Below are positions 46,004 through 55,039 of a DNA stretch of 62,992 bases, piece by piece. Origin of the DNA: a virus (taxonomy: Duplodnaviria; Caudoviricetes); the IMG/VR virus record IMGVR_UViG_3300017700_000894, positions 1 to 62,992 of that record; one strand, 5' to 3'. The translations under genes and the position numbers were made by a program. The stretch's first letter is position 1. Every line of letters begins with the position of its first letter. The notes below the pieces were generated by a model. It made no database searches, was not told where the DNA came from, and saw only the letters and a program-made list of their open reading frames with translations.

Positions 46004-46246
46004 TTAGACGTTCCAAACGAAGAGCACTTCGCCCGCTTTGGATTCGAAGCGGCAGCCCGAAAGCCCGGGCGTGCCGGCCGGCACTGGCGTGGCAATGCGC
46101 ACGAAGTTCGTGGCGTGGTCGGCGCTGATCACTTCGATCAGGTCGGGCCACTGCTTGCCGTGGAAGCCCAGCATGCTGGCGTCGGCTTCAAGGCCGCCCG
46201 TTGGGGCAAAGGCAAGGCGTTCGTGTGGGGTGGTGATCGTGGTCAT
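46004..46246 (-). CDS. Hypothetical early protein
   Basis: Leaderless start 5 nt after the -10 element. Confidence 0.65.
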   Translation of the reverse strand: MTTITTPHERLAFAPTGGLEADASMLGFHGKQWPDLIEVISADHATNFVRIATPVPAGTPGLSGCRFESKAGEVLFVWNV

Positions 46247-46251
46247 TCCCC

Positions 46252-46280
46252 ACTTTATCACACTGCGCACGCGTGCGCAA
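46252..46280 (-). promoter_or_regulatory. Promoter overlapped by palindromic operator
   Basis: TTGCGC-N17-TAAAGT-N5-ATG with extended TG; TGCGCACGCGTGCGCA at 46264-46279. Confidence 0.65.
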
Positions 46281-46303
46281 TCGGAAACTGCTTTTTCCGT
46301 AAA

Positions 46304-46663
46304 CTATTTTCCGGCCAGCACTTCCAGCGCGAGTTCCATCGTTGGAATCACGATGGAAACCGGTTCTTCTGGCAGGTCGGCCCCACCGAAAACTTCCAGC
46401 GCGATGGCTGCCGCCTGCGGGGCGTTCAGCGCGTTGTCCACGGTCAGCGTGCCGCTGGTTTCATCCCCGGGCACTTGCAGCGCGTCCAGCGTGGGCAGCC
46501 CCAGCGCACCGTCGAAGTCGTCAATGGACACCAGCCCGTTGCGCCAAATCACCGGGGCACCTTGAACCACCTGTTGCGCGCCTGGTCCACCTTCCCATTC
46601 AACCATCAGCACCGGCCACCCTTCGGGGGTGGCGTGCGCGGTGGCCTTCGTGATGGTGGTCAT
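46304..46663 (-). CDS. Small acidic protein downstream of the MuF fusion (immunity candidate)
   Basis: 119 aa, 40 bp after the MuF stop, with its own operator variant. Confidence 0.6.
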   Translation of the reverse strand: MTTITKATAHATPEGWPVLMVEWEGGPGAQQVVQGAPVIWRNGLVSIDDFDGALGLPTLDALQVPGDETSGTLTVDNALNAPQAAAIALEVFGGADLPEEPVSIVIPTMELALEVLAGK

Positions 46664-46673
46664 GGTGTAAAGG

Positions 46674-46689
46674 TGCGCACCTTTGCGCA
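46674..46689. promoter_or_regulatory. Operator variant TGCGCA-CCTT-TGCGCA
   Basis: GGTGCGCACCTTTGCGCACC; TTGCAT 2 nt upstream on the minus strand. Confidence 0.5.
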
Positions 46690-46703
46690 CCATGCAAGCG
46701 GAA

Positions 46704-49700
46704 TCACTTCAGCTTCCCGGTGCGGTGTTCGGCGGTCACGTCGGGCACGCCGGCTTTGATCCAGTCGGCCTTCGTGCGGCTGGGCTGAACCGGGTGGGAA
46801 TAGGTGCGCGCCCCGGTGTCGGCAATCAGGGATGGAATGCCCGAAGTGTCGGCAGCGAATTCGTTTTCGCTGTCGCCCAGGAAGCCCGCCCCACCGCTGC
46901 CGGCCCGCGCTTCGAACCAGTAGGAATAAAGCACCCGGCTGAATGGCACCGCCTTCACGGTGGCAATGCTGCCCTTCACATAAACCGGGTTGAAGATCGA
47001 ATGGGATTCGGTCGCGCCCAGTTGCAGCCCCACCACGTCGCCCTTTTTGATGCTCTTCGGATCGATGCCGTTCGCCTTCAGGGTCGCCGGGGATTCGGTG
47101 CGCATCAGCAGCACGGTGCGGGTTTCGCGGTCCACATAGTCGACTTCCATGCGTTCCAGCTGTTCCATCATCATGCCGTGGTGGGCGCTGAAAACCTTTT
47201 CCACGTTCTCCTTCCCGTGCTTGGCAACCGCGTCGTCCCACGCCTTTTTCGCCTGGGCAAAGGTGCGCTTCGTGCCGTTGCCGTCCCAGTAATGTTCATC
47301 CTTCGGCACCTTCCGGGCCACTTGCGACATCCAATATTTCGCAATCAGGGTTTCGCTGTTCCATGAATTGTGCCCCTGCCCCACGTTCCATGCCCCGTGC
47401 AGGTCGATGGCGGCCTGGGGCACCCCCTGGTCCCGCAGCATCTTTTGCAGGTCGTCCACCACCGAAACCGTGGCAACCGGCACCGGGTTTGGCTTCGGCT
47501 TGGCTTTTGGCTTGTACGGGTCGAAGTGCGCCACCGGGGCCACCTTGCCGGTGCCGGCGGCAGTCACGGCGTGTTCCAGGTCCAGCACCGCGGTCAGGTA
47601 ATGCTGGGCCATTGCCTTTTCTTCGCCGGTCGCGGATTTGAAAAGCGCGGTCAGCTTTGGCTTCAGCCCCAGCGCGGCGGTGATCTTCGCCTGGTTCCAG
47701 TCGGTGGTGCCCTTGGTCGCCTTGTGATTGTACGATTTCAGCGCCAGCAGCACGGTGTCGCTGAATGTGTCGGCTGGCAGAAGCGCGGCAGCTTGGTGGT
47801 TCGCCATGCTCGCCCCGCCCTTCTTCCGCAGGTTGCCGAAGGATCGCCCGTTTTCGTCGGTCAGGGTGGTGCCGCTTCGGTTCGTCTTCCCCATCAGGGA
47901 AAGATCGATGCGGCGTTCCCGGAAATCGAACATCGTCTTGGCGTGCTCTTCGGTGTATTCCGGCCGGAAGTTGTTTTCCCCCAGGTCGCCCGCCCGGCCG
48001 CCCAGGTCTTTCAGGTGCCGCAGTCGTTCCTTCAGCACCGCCCGGGTTTGGTCTGGCATGTCGATGCCGTCCAGCGCTTCGGGGCGTAGCGCCCGCAGTG
48101 AAGGGGCAAGGTCGTGCAGGGTGGTGCCTTGCATCACGCCACCGACCACTGGCGAATCCCCGCGGTCGCGCATCGTGAAGATTTCCCGCGGGATGCCGGT
48201 CCATTCGTGCGGCAGCTTCGGCGTGCCCATGGCCCGGAAGTCCAGGCTGCCCCCGTTGTCGATTCGAATCACGTTCTTGCCGTCCCACAAGGCGTTGTCT
48301 TGCCCCGCGCCCAGCACGTCCCAGTTGCCCATGAGCACGTCGGCAACGAAACCTTCCTTGAATTTCGCCACGGCGGCGGCCTTCTCTGCACCGGTCAGCT
48401 TCCCGAATTCTTTCCCCTGCCGGAATTCGGTCAGTTTGATCACCTGCCCGTTCTCTTCGTACAGCGCCCCCTGGGGCACGTCGACGCCCAGCGCTTCATA
48501 AACCCGGTCGGCAATGAATTCGGATCGCACGTGATCCTTGCTGGCCCCCTTCTTCCGCACGAATTGCCGCCCTTCCCATTCCACCAGTTCGGCACCGGTC
48601 GATCCCCCCAGCTTTTTCACCACCTTCAGCTTGCCGGCTTCCTTCGGGAAGTTCACGGGAATGCGTTCCTGCGGGGTGGGCGGCACGATTGCCACCTGCG
48701 GGTGCGCGGCAGGTGCGCCAGGCGTTTGCACTGGCATCGGGGCAGCCCCGCCACCCTTGGCGGCCTGCTTCGCCAGTTTCGCGGCAGCCTTTGCCGCCTT
48801 GTCGGCCGCGGCCTGGGCCCCTGCGGCAATTGCCGCTTGCAGGTCTTCGTCGGGCACCCCCTTCAGTGCCTTCAAAACCGACTTCGGCGTGGGCTTGCCG
48901 GATGCGGCAGCCTTCTGCACTTTGGCCAGCGCTTCGGCATAGGGGCTTTGGGCCGGCGGGTTGGTGGCCTTCGCCTTCATGCCGGCGTCGACGGCGGCCA
49001 TGTATTCATCGTTTGAAAGCAGGGTCATCACGTCCTGCAATTCGGTGTCGCTCAGCGGCAGGCCTTTCGCGGTCTTCGTGATCAGTAGCGCCCCGGCCAG
49101 TGCCTTCTTCTCCACAAGGGATTGCGCTGGGCTTTGCAGCGCGGGATTCGCCAGTGCCATCTTCTGCCCGATTTCCTGGGCATCCTGAAGCATTGCCATG
49201 GGCATCTTGCCGGCGTTCGCCTTCAGGCTTTGCGGCAGGTCGGAGAGCGTGCCCCCGTTGGCAATGTGCTGGGCCACCGCCTGGGCGGTGTCGCTGAAGT
49301 TCACCTTTTGCTTTTTGTAAAGGTCGGTCAGGTCGTCGATCTCGTTCCAGGTGACACCGATTTGATTCAGCTGATTCACCGCGATGGTTTGCCCGGGAAA
49401 GTCCCCGTTCAGAATGGCGGTCTTCAGGTCGTTCTTCAGTTTGTCCGGGCCTTGCTTCTTCAGCTTCATCACCTGCCCCGCGTCCATGGCTTCCTGAATG
49501 TCCTGATCGCTCAGCAGTGCGAAGTCATCGGGGCTCAGCGCGTTGAAAGCGTCGTCCGTGTCATTGGCCTGGGCCAGCATCAGCTTGCGCTTCGCCGCGG
49601 CCTTCATGGCTTCCTGGGCTTTGGCGTTGAAGGCGGCGCTTTGTGCCTTGAAGGCGTTCTGCCCGGCAAGGATCGCGTCGGCGTAGTCGGTGCCTTCCAG

Positions 49701-51941
49701 CAGGTCCAGTTCGGCGGTCGGAATCTTGTCAATGTCGCCGTCGTTCCCGGAAGCCACCGCGTCGGTCACCTTCTTCATCACGGCAGCCTTCGCATCGGCC
49801 AGCGCTTTGGCCTGGGCCAGCATCATCAGTTTCAGGTCGTTCCCCGCCTTCACGGCTTCCAGCTTTTCCCCGATGGTCAGCGAATCGATGTCGGCCGCGG
49901 CCATGTCGTTCAGGCTGCCCCCGTTCGCCACGTGCATCTTCACCTTGTCGCTGGCGGTCGCCTTCGCGGTGGCAAGCGCTTGCTGGTTGGTCCAGGTCTT
50001 CTTCCCGGCGGCAATCCACTTGTCTTGCTCTTCCGGTGTCAGCAGGGTCAGTTCGTCCACCCCGACCGCATCGGTGATCTTCTTCCCCTGGGCGGCGGCA
50101 TCGTAAATCTTTTGGGACACCTGGGCCTTCTTCTCGTTCAGATCGTAAAGCTTCACCCCCTGGGCTTCGGCGGCGTCGATTTCCGCAGGGGTCAGCACGC
50201 TGGCCACTTCGTCCCATTCCTTCCGATCCATGCCGGTGCCGTCGGCGGTCTTTTGAATCAGGTCTTGAATCGCTTTCGCTTTGGCGGCGGCCACCTTCGC
50301 GGCGGCGGCCTGGGCAACCGCGTCGTCCTGGGCTTTGGTCAGCGCCAGTTTGTCGTTCACCGATTCAGTGAAGGCTTCGGCTTCTTCGGCGGTCAGTCCA
50401 TCGATCGCCGCCTTTTCGCTGGGGGAAAGGGGCTTGCCGGCCACCAGTTTCTTCTTCGCCTTCGAAAGGGTGCTGGCCTTGTTCTTGGCGGTCTGTTCCA
50501 TCAGCGCTTGCTGGGTCGCATTCGCCAGAACGTCTTTTGCCGCCATGTCTGGGTTTTCGGCCTGAATCTTGGTGATCCACTTCGCCTTCAGGTTCTTCCC
50601 TTCCTGGGATGCCAGGATTTCGGCAATGGTCGCGGCGCTGGTGTCCGGGGGGGCATCGGCCGGCGGGGTGTCGTCGGCCGCGGCCAGGGTCGCATCGATT
50701 TCCTTGGTGGCCTTCGCGTTCAGTTCGTCGGTCGTCTTGGCGGTCAGCTTCACGCTGTCCGACACCATCGGCAGGAAGTTCGCCCCCAGGGTTTCCGGCA
50801 GCGGTGCCCCGTTTTCCATGAAGTCTTCCAGCTGGGCAATTGTCAGCGGTCGGTTCGTTTGGTCGGTCATGTCCGAAACCGTCACCTTCCCCGTCTTCCA
50901 CAAGGCGGCCTTGCCCGGCCCCAGCACTTGGTCAATGCGGGCGTCGGATTGCAAACGCAACCAGTCTTCGAAGGTGTTCGTGGCCTTCACTGGTCCATCC
51001 ATGCTGGCCCGCTGGTTGGAAACTTGCAGGTCGATCTTTTCCTGGGAAAGCCCGGCGGCCTTCGCATTCGCCCGCATTTGCGCTTCCAGTTCTTCTTCCC
51101 CGATGCTGGGCAGTTCCTTGCCGGCCAGTTCTTCCCAGCTGCGCAACACGCTGATTTGCGTGCTTCGGCAATTCCAGTGCGCGGTCGGCCCGGGAAAGGC
51201 CTTGTCGTGGCCGATGGGCTTCAGGTCTGGCAACCGCCACTGCTTGCCGTCCAGCGCCCGGCAAATCGGCGTGGTGCGGGTGTCCAGGGTGGCCACCCAT
51301 TGGATGCCCTTCACCAGATCGCCCATTTCCTTGAATTGCCGCAGGCGGGCTTCGTTCGCCACACTGATTGCCGCGGATCGCACCAGCGCAGCCGCTTCGC
51401 GCTTTTTGGCTGGCATGATCCCGTCTTCGAATCCACCCGCCTTCGTCCCCCGCACCTTCGCGGTCATTTCGTCCACACTCTGCCCCAGCAGGATGCCTTG
51501 CTGCACCACCCCCCGAAACTTCTGTTGCAGGTCGTTCGCCTGCCCGTCCCACCATTCCCCGGCCGAATGCCCGAAGATGTGCTTTCCGTCCACGATGGTT
51601 TCGAGCTGCTTTTCCGGGATCATCACCGACACCACCGGCACCCCGATGCCGGCAGTGACCAGCTTCGCGGCGTGCTTGCTTTCGATCTTGGCAATCCCCC
51701 CCAGTCCTTCGGCGTGCTGGGCTTTGATGTCCGAATAACCCTGGGCAATGCTCTTGTCGGTCTGCTTCAGCAGTGCGTCCAGCTTGGCAAGTTTGTTCGG
51801 GCTCAGGCCTTCGGCGTTTTCCAGCGCACCGGTCAGGTCGGTTTGCAGTTCGGCCAGGCGCGCAAGGGCTGCTTTTTGCTGCCCCGCGGCAACCCGCAGA
51901 ATGTTCACCGTTTGGGTGGCGACGGCATCGGTTTGGTCCAT
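46704..51941 (-). CDS. MuF (SPP1 gp7-like) minor head protein fused to helical repeats, a kinase-like and an ADP-ribosyltransferase-like domain
   Basis: WVATLDTRTTPICRALDG...HWNCRS; LGGSTGA...NWD...RIDNGG; R...ESHS...ENE. Confidence 0.88.
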   Translation of the reverse strand: MDQTDAVATQTVNILRVAAGQQKAALARLAELQTDLTGALENAEGLSPNKLAKLDALLKQTDKSIAQGYSDIKAQHAEGLGGIAKIESKHAAKLVTAGIGVPVVSVMIPEKQLETIVDGKHIFGHSAGEWWDGQANDLQQKFRGVVQQGILLGQSVDEMTAKVRGTKAGGFEDGIMPAKKREAAALVRSAAISVANEARLRQFKEMGDLVKGIQWVATLDTRTTPICRALDGKQWRLPDLKPIGHDKAFPGPTAHWNCRSTQISVLRSWEELAGKELPSIGEEELEAQMRANAKAAGLSQEKIDLQVSNQRASMDGPVKATNTFEDWLRLQSDARIDQVLGPGKAALWKTGKVTVSDMTDQTNRPLTIAQLEDFMENGAPLPETLGANFLPMVSDSVKLTAKTTDELNAKATKEIDATLAAADDTPPADAPPDTSAATIAEILASQEGKNLKAKWITKIQAENPDMAAKDVLANATQQALMEQTAKNKASTLSKAKKKLVAGKPLSPSEKAAIDGLTAEEAEAFTESVNDKLALTKAQDDAVAQAAAAKVAAAKAKAIQDLIQKTADGTGMDRKEWDEVASVLTPAEIDAAEAQGVKLYDLNEKKAQVSQKIYDAAAQGKKITDAVGVDELTLLTPEEQDKWIAAGKKTWTNQQALATAKATASDKVKMHVANGGSLNDMAAADIDSLTIGEKLEAVKAGNDLKLMMLAQAKALADAKAAVMKKVTDAVASGNDGDIDKIPTAELDLLEGTDYADAILAGQNAFKAQSAAFNAKAQEAMKAAAKRKLMLAQANDTDDAFNALSPDDFALLSDQDIQEAMDAGQVMKLKKQGPDKLKNDLKTAILNGDFPGQTIAVNQLNQIGVTWNEIDDLTDLYKKQKVNFSDTAQAVAQHIANGGTLSDLPQSLKANAGKMPMAMLQDAQEIGQKMALANPALQSPAQSLVEKKALAGALLITKTAKGLPLSDTELQDVMTLLSNDEYMAAVDAGMKAKATNPPAQSPYAEALAKVQKAAASGKPTPKSVLKALKGVPDEDLQAAIAAGAQAAADKAAKAAAKLAKQAAKGGGAAPMPVQTPGAPAAHPQVAIVPPTPQERIPVNFPKEAGKLKVVKKLGGSTGAELVEWEGRQFVRKKGASKDHVRSEFIADRVYEALGVDVPQGALYEENGQVIKLTEFRQGKEFGKLTGAEKAAAVAKFKEGFVADVLMGNWDVLGAGQDNALWDGKNVIRIDNGGSLDFRAMGTPKLPHEWTGIPREIFTMRDRGDSPVVGGVMQGTTLHDLAPSLRALRPEALDGIDMPDQTRAVLKERLRHLKDLGGRAGDLGENNFRPEYTEEHAKTMFDFRERRIDLSLMGKTNRSGTTLTDENGRSFGNLRKKGGASMANHQAAALLPADTFSDTVLLALKSYNHKATKGTTDWNQAKITAALGLKPKLTALFKSATGEEKAMAQHYLTAVLDLEHAVTAAGTGKVAPVAHFDPYKPKAKPKPNPVPVATVSVVDDLQKMLRDQGVPQAAIDLHGAWNVGQGHNSWNSETLIAKYWMSQVARKVPKDEHYWDGNGTKRTFAQAKKAWDDAVAKHGKENVEKVFSAHHGMMMEQLERMEVDYVDRETRTVLLMRTESPATLKANGIDPKSIKKGDVVGLQLGATESHSIFNPVYVKGSIATVKAVPFSRVLYSYWFEARAGSGGAGFLGDSENEFAADTSGIPSLIADTGARTYSHPVQPSRTKADWIKAGVPDVTAEHRTGKLK

Positions 51942-51973
51942 CGCCCACCTTTAGCCTGCCGGCACCGCCTTGT

Positions 51974-53548
51974 CTATGCGCGCGGGGCGGCCTTCTTCGC
52001 CGCCTTCTTCCCGGCCACCTTTTTGGCGGCGGGACCAGGTGCAGGTTCGTCTTCCGCGTCAGCGTCGGGATCGGCCTTTTCCAGCGGTTTGCCGTCGGGG
52101 CCGATTGGAACGGCAACCGGGGCGGGCATCGGCGGATCGGCTTCGATTTCCTCGCGCTCTTCTTCGCTGGTCTTCCCTTCGGCAATCACTTCGCCGCGTT
52201 GAAGCTGGGTGAAGAGCGTTTCGTAACTGATCGCGTTTTGCTGCCATGCGGCAATCAGCGCGTTCATCTTCTCCGGGGTGATTTCCACCGCGGCAAAATC
52301 CTTGTGCAGGCAAAATTCGGTCGCGGCGTCGGTCACGGCGGCAATCGTCCCGTCCCACCATTCGATCCACCGCAAGGCTTTGGTCAGCGTGTTGGAAATG
52401 CTCCCCGCCATCTTGGCCAGTGCGCTGGTTTCCGCGGTGTTGCGCATGGCAACGGTCGAATAAGCTTCGGCATCGGCCTGCCGTGGCTCGATCATGCGGG
52501 CCCCCAGGCTGGCCATTTGCTGCATCTTCTCTTCCATGCCTTCCTTCAGGCTGCCCAGGCCTTGCCCGCTGTATTCCAGGAAGCCACACTTTGCGTTCGG
52601 GTCTTCCGCGGTCCAGGCGAAGGAAGCCCCCAGGTAAAGCTTCCCTTCGGATTCAAACCCGGCGGTCCACACTGTCGGCACCCCGGCGGTGTGCCGGCCG
52701 TTTTCGATGTCGGCACTGTTGCGGAAGTGCCCCACGTTTATGTGGGCAATGTCGAGCAGGGGCACCAGCCCAATGTCGGGTTCGGCGTTCTCCGCGTTGT
52801 GGAAGATGAAGGGGATTTCCATCAGCACTTCCCCCCGTCGCTTCGGTTGCATGGCGGAAATCAGCTGGAAGTCGGATTGCACCCCAGTTGCCGGCCGGCT
52901 GCTTGCCGGGTCCACCCGCCCGTCACCGCGGGGCGTTTGCCCGCCCCCCTTCCACAATTCCACCCAAACGCCAGCCCCGCGGATCGAACCTTCCGGGTCG
53001 ACTTTGTAAACTCGATAAACTTCGTTCTCTTCCAGGGTGAATTCGTCCACCGTCGAGTTCTGTTCAAACTCCCGGAGCACCAGCAGGGTCAGCACCCGCT
53101 TGCCGTCGGTCACGGTCGTGCGCCAGTTCACGATGTTTTCCGCCTGATAGAACGCCAAATATGGGCGGCCTTCCTGTTCGTTGAAGTCCACCAGCGTGCC
53201 GCACCGGCCCACACTGGTCACCTTCTGGGTCACCTTGCTGGCGTAGTGGTCGAAGCTGTTGCCTTGCAGGTCGACGTTTTCCAGCGTGGCTTCATCGATC
53301 GGCGTTTCCAGTGTCGGCTTCTTCCTGAATAGGCTGCCGGCCATGGCTTCGTGCGTGCGCCCCGTCGCGTTCCAGAACATTGCCCGGGTCAGGTAGGCGT
53401 CATAAGCGTCATCGGGCTGGTCCTTCAGCTTCGGCAAATACTTTTCCCGGCCGGCTTTGATCGCCGGGGCACCGTCGATGCAGTCCTGCACGGTGTCCCA
53501 CAAGTTCGCTTTGTGGGCATAGGTTGGATGGGGCGTGTTTACCGGCAT
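51974..53548 (-). CDS. Portal protein (DUF4055-like)
   Basis: YLPK...YLTRA, GRCGTLVD, ENIVNW, IPF, PLLDIAHIN.GHFRNSAD. Confidence 0.9.
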   Translation of the reverse strand: MPVNTPHPTYAHKANLWDTVQDCIDGAPAIKAGREKYLPKLKDQPDDAYDAYLTRAMFWNATGRTHEAMAGSLFRKKPTLETPIDEATLENVDLQGNSFDHYASKVTQKVTSVGRCGTLVDFNEQEGRPYLAFYQAENIVNWRTTVTDGKRVLTLLVLREFEQNSTVDEFTLEENEVYRVYKVDPEGSIRGAGVWVELWKGGGQTPRGDGRVDPASSRPATGVQSDFQLISAMQPKRRGEVLMEIPFIFHNAENAEPDIGLVPLLDIAHINVGHFRNSADIENGRHTAGVPTVWTAGFESEGKLYLGASFAWTAEDPNAKCGFLEYSGQGLGSLKEGMEEKMQQMASLGARMIEPRQADAEAYSTVAMRNTAETSALAKMAGSISNTLTKALRWIEWWDGTIAAVTDAATEFCLHKDFAAVEITPEKMNALIAAWQQNAISYETLFTQLQRGEVIAEGKTSEEEREEIEADPPMPAPVAVPIGPDGKPLEKADPDADAEDEPAPGPAAKKVAGKKAAKKAAPRA

Positions 53549-53585
53549 GGGGCACTTGTAGCACCACGCCATGGGGCGACAACGG

Positions 53586-53617
53586 AAAACCCCCGGCCGG
53601 CCACGGCAAGGGGTTTC
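53586..53617 (-). terminator. Terminator ending the small-gene cluster before the portal
   Basis: AAACCCC...GGGGGTTTT hairpin. Confidence 0.6.
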
Positions 53618-53684
53618 GTGCGCCCGGATTCAATCCCCCGATTTAGACGGGCGCGGGCGTCAATGCGGCGGCCTGGGCGGCGTG

Positions 53685-53969
53685 TCAATCCTCATCCTCT
53701 TCGCATTCCTGTTCCTGGGATGCGGCGTAATCGTCGAAGCCAGCCGCTTCGTCGAATCCGGCCCGCTTGTGGACGTAGGCTTGCGCGGCGGCAGTGCTGG
53801 CGAAAACCGATCCACTGCTTGCCTGATAGATCAGCCCGTGCCGGGTTGGGCCATTGCCCCCCGAATTCGTGGCCAAGATCAGCAGGCTTTCGAAGTGCTC
53901 GCCCAGGGATTCGGCGGCCTTTTCCAGTTTCGCCTGAAGGCGGTCGTTTTCTTCTTCGTCGCTTTTCAT
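53685..53969 (-). CDS. Acidic hypothetical protein
   Basis: LGEHFESLLIL; acidic tail. Confidence 0.6.
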   Translation of the reverse strand: MKSDEEENDRLQAKLEKAAESLGEHFESLLILATNSGGNGPTRHGLIYQASSGSVFASTAAAQAYVHKRAGFDEAAGFDDYAASQEQECEEDED

Positions 53970-54340
53970 GGTTCAAGGTGTTCCCCGCATCGATAAATTC
54001 CACGCTCCCGGCCGGCGCGCACGTTCGGCTTCCCGCACACTTCGCAGGGACCAGGGCGAAACCCTCGGGGTGCCAGCAGGTCCAGCGTGCCGGTGAATCC
54101 CCCGACCGATTCGGCCAGCGCTTCCACCCGGCGTTTTTCGCGCGAAATTGGACAGTCCGACACTGTTGCAGGGGTCGGGGGCAAATTTGCCCCGCGGGTT
54201 TCCGGGTCGGTTTCTTCGTCCCGAATTCGGGGCGGCGGGGATGCTCCCAGCATGGCGGCGGCCATGACAAAGGAGGGCAGAAGCGGCACGGTCGGCCGGC
54301 GTCGTCCGGGCACGGATCGGGGCGGGTGGTCGTCGTTCAT
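53966..54340 (-). CDS. Hypothetical protein with C-terminal Zn ribbon
   Basis: CEVC...CGEH; ATGA overlaps. Confidence 0.5.
   Translation of the reverse strand: MNDDHPPRSVPGRRRPTVPLLPSFVMAAAMLGASPPPRIRDEETDPETRGANLPPTPATVSDCPISREKRRVEALAESVGGFTGTLDLLAPRGFRPGPCEVCGKPNVRAGRERGIYRCGEHLEP
54160..54193 (+). repeat. Bipartite dispersed element, copy 7 (intragenic)
   Basis: ACACTGTTGC-N8-GGGGCAAATTTGCCCC. Confidence 0.88.
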
Positions 54341-54720
54341 CGGCGTTTCTTTTTGGGTTCTTCGGTGGGGGCGGTCACGATCACCGTGCCGGTTTCCATC
54401 ATGGCAACGAAAACCCGGTGGCGGAAGTCCTGCTTTTCGCTGCCGGTCATGTCGTCGGATTCGCGCCACGGCATCGGCCGGCCGGCGGCGGCGGCGGCCA
54501 GCAGGTCGCGCTTCATCGTTTCGATGATCCCGCGGTGCTGGTCCATTTCTTCCTTCGACACCCGCGGTTCGCGGCGTTCGCGGGCGGTGCGCTCTTCGTT
54601 CTGGTGGTTCCAGCAAAGCCCGTAATCGTCGGCCCAGCCTTCGCACCTGGGGCAGCCCGGCACGTGGGGAATGCGCGGCCTGGGCGGCACGGGCGGGGAG
54701 AAGTCCAGTTCCAGTTGCAT
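54337..54720 (-). CDS. Hypothetical protein with Zn finger
   Basis: MQLELDF, CPRC...LCWNH. Confidence 0.6.
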   Translation of the reverse strand: MQLELDFSPPVPPRPRIPHVPGCPRCEGWADDYGLCWNHQNEERTARERREPRVSKEEMDQHRGIIETMKRDLLAAAAAGRPMPWRESDDMTGSEKQDFRHRVFVAMMETGTVIVTAPTEEPKKKRR

Positions 54721-54726
54721 GGTCGG

Positions 54727-55035
54727 TTATAGTTCCCTGGGGTCTTCGCAGGGTGGCACGCATTCCCACCGGGCTGGAATTTCTCCGATGGGGTTCACGC
54801 GGGTCAGGTAACCATTGATTTCTTCAGCACCTTTTCCGCAAGCTCGGCACACGAAGCGGGGCTGGGGCAGCGTTTCAGGCCAAGGCATGTAATCGTGGGC
54901 TTCCTTCAGGTCTGGGTGGTCCTGGGCAATTTCGGCCAGCAGTTCGTTCACGGCGTCGTCGTCGTCGGCCCCGCGGCCGTTCTGCCAGCAAATCGACACC
55001 ATTTCCACGATGGCTTTCGCGTGTGATCGTTTCAT
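54727..55035 (-). CDS. Hypothetical protein with Zn ribbon
   Basis: CRACG...CVPPC. Confidence 0.55.
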   Translation of the reverse strand: MKRSHAKAIVEMVSICWQNGRGADDDDAVNELLAEIAQDHPDLKEAHDYMPWPETLPQPRFVCRACGKGAEEINGYLTRVNPIGEIPARWECVPPCEDPREL

Positions 55036-55039
55036 GGCT

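Noticed and set aside
49122-52202. Long plus-strand ORFs (1026 aa here; also 9935-12085, 23675-25519, 33958-35682)
   Set aside because: They are antisense shadows of GC-rich minus-strand genes with no recognisable motifs
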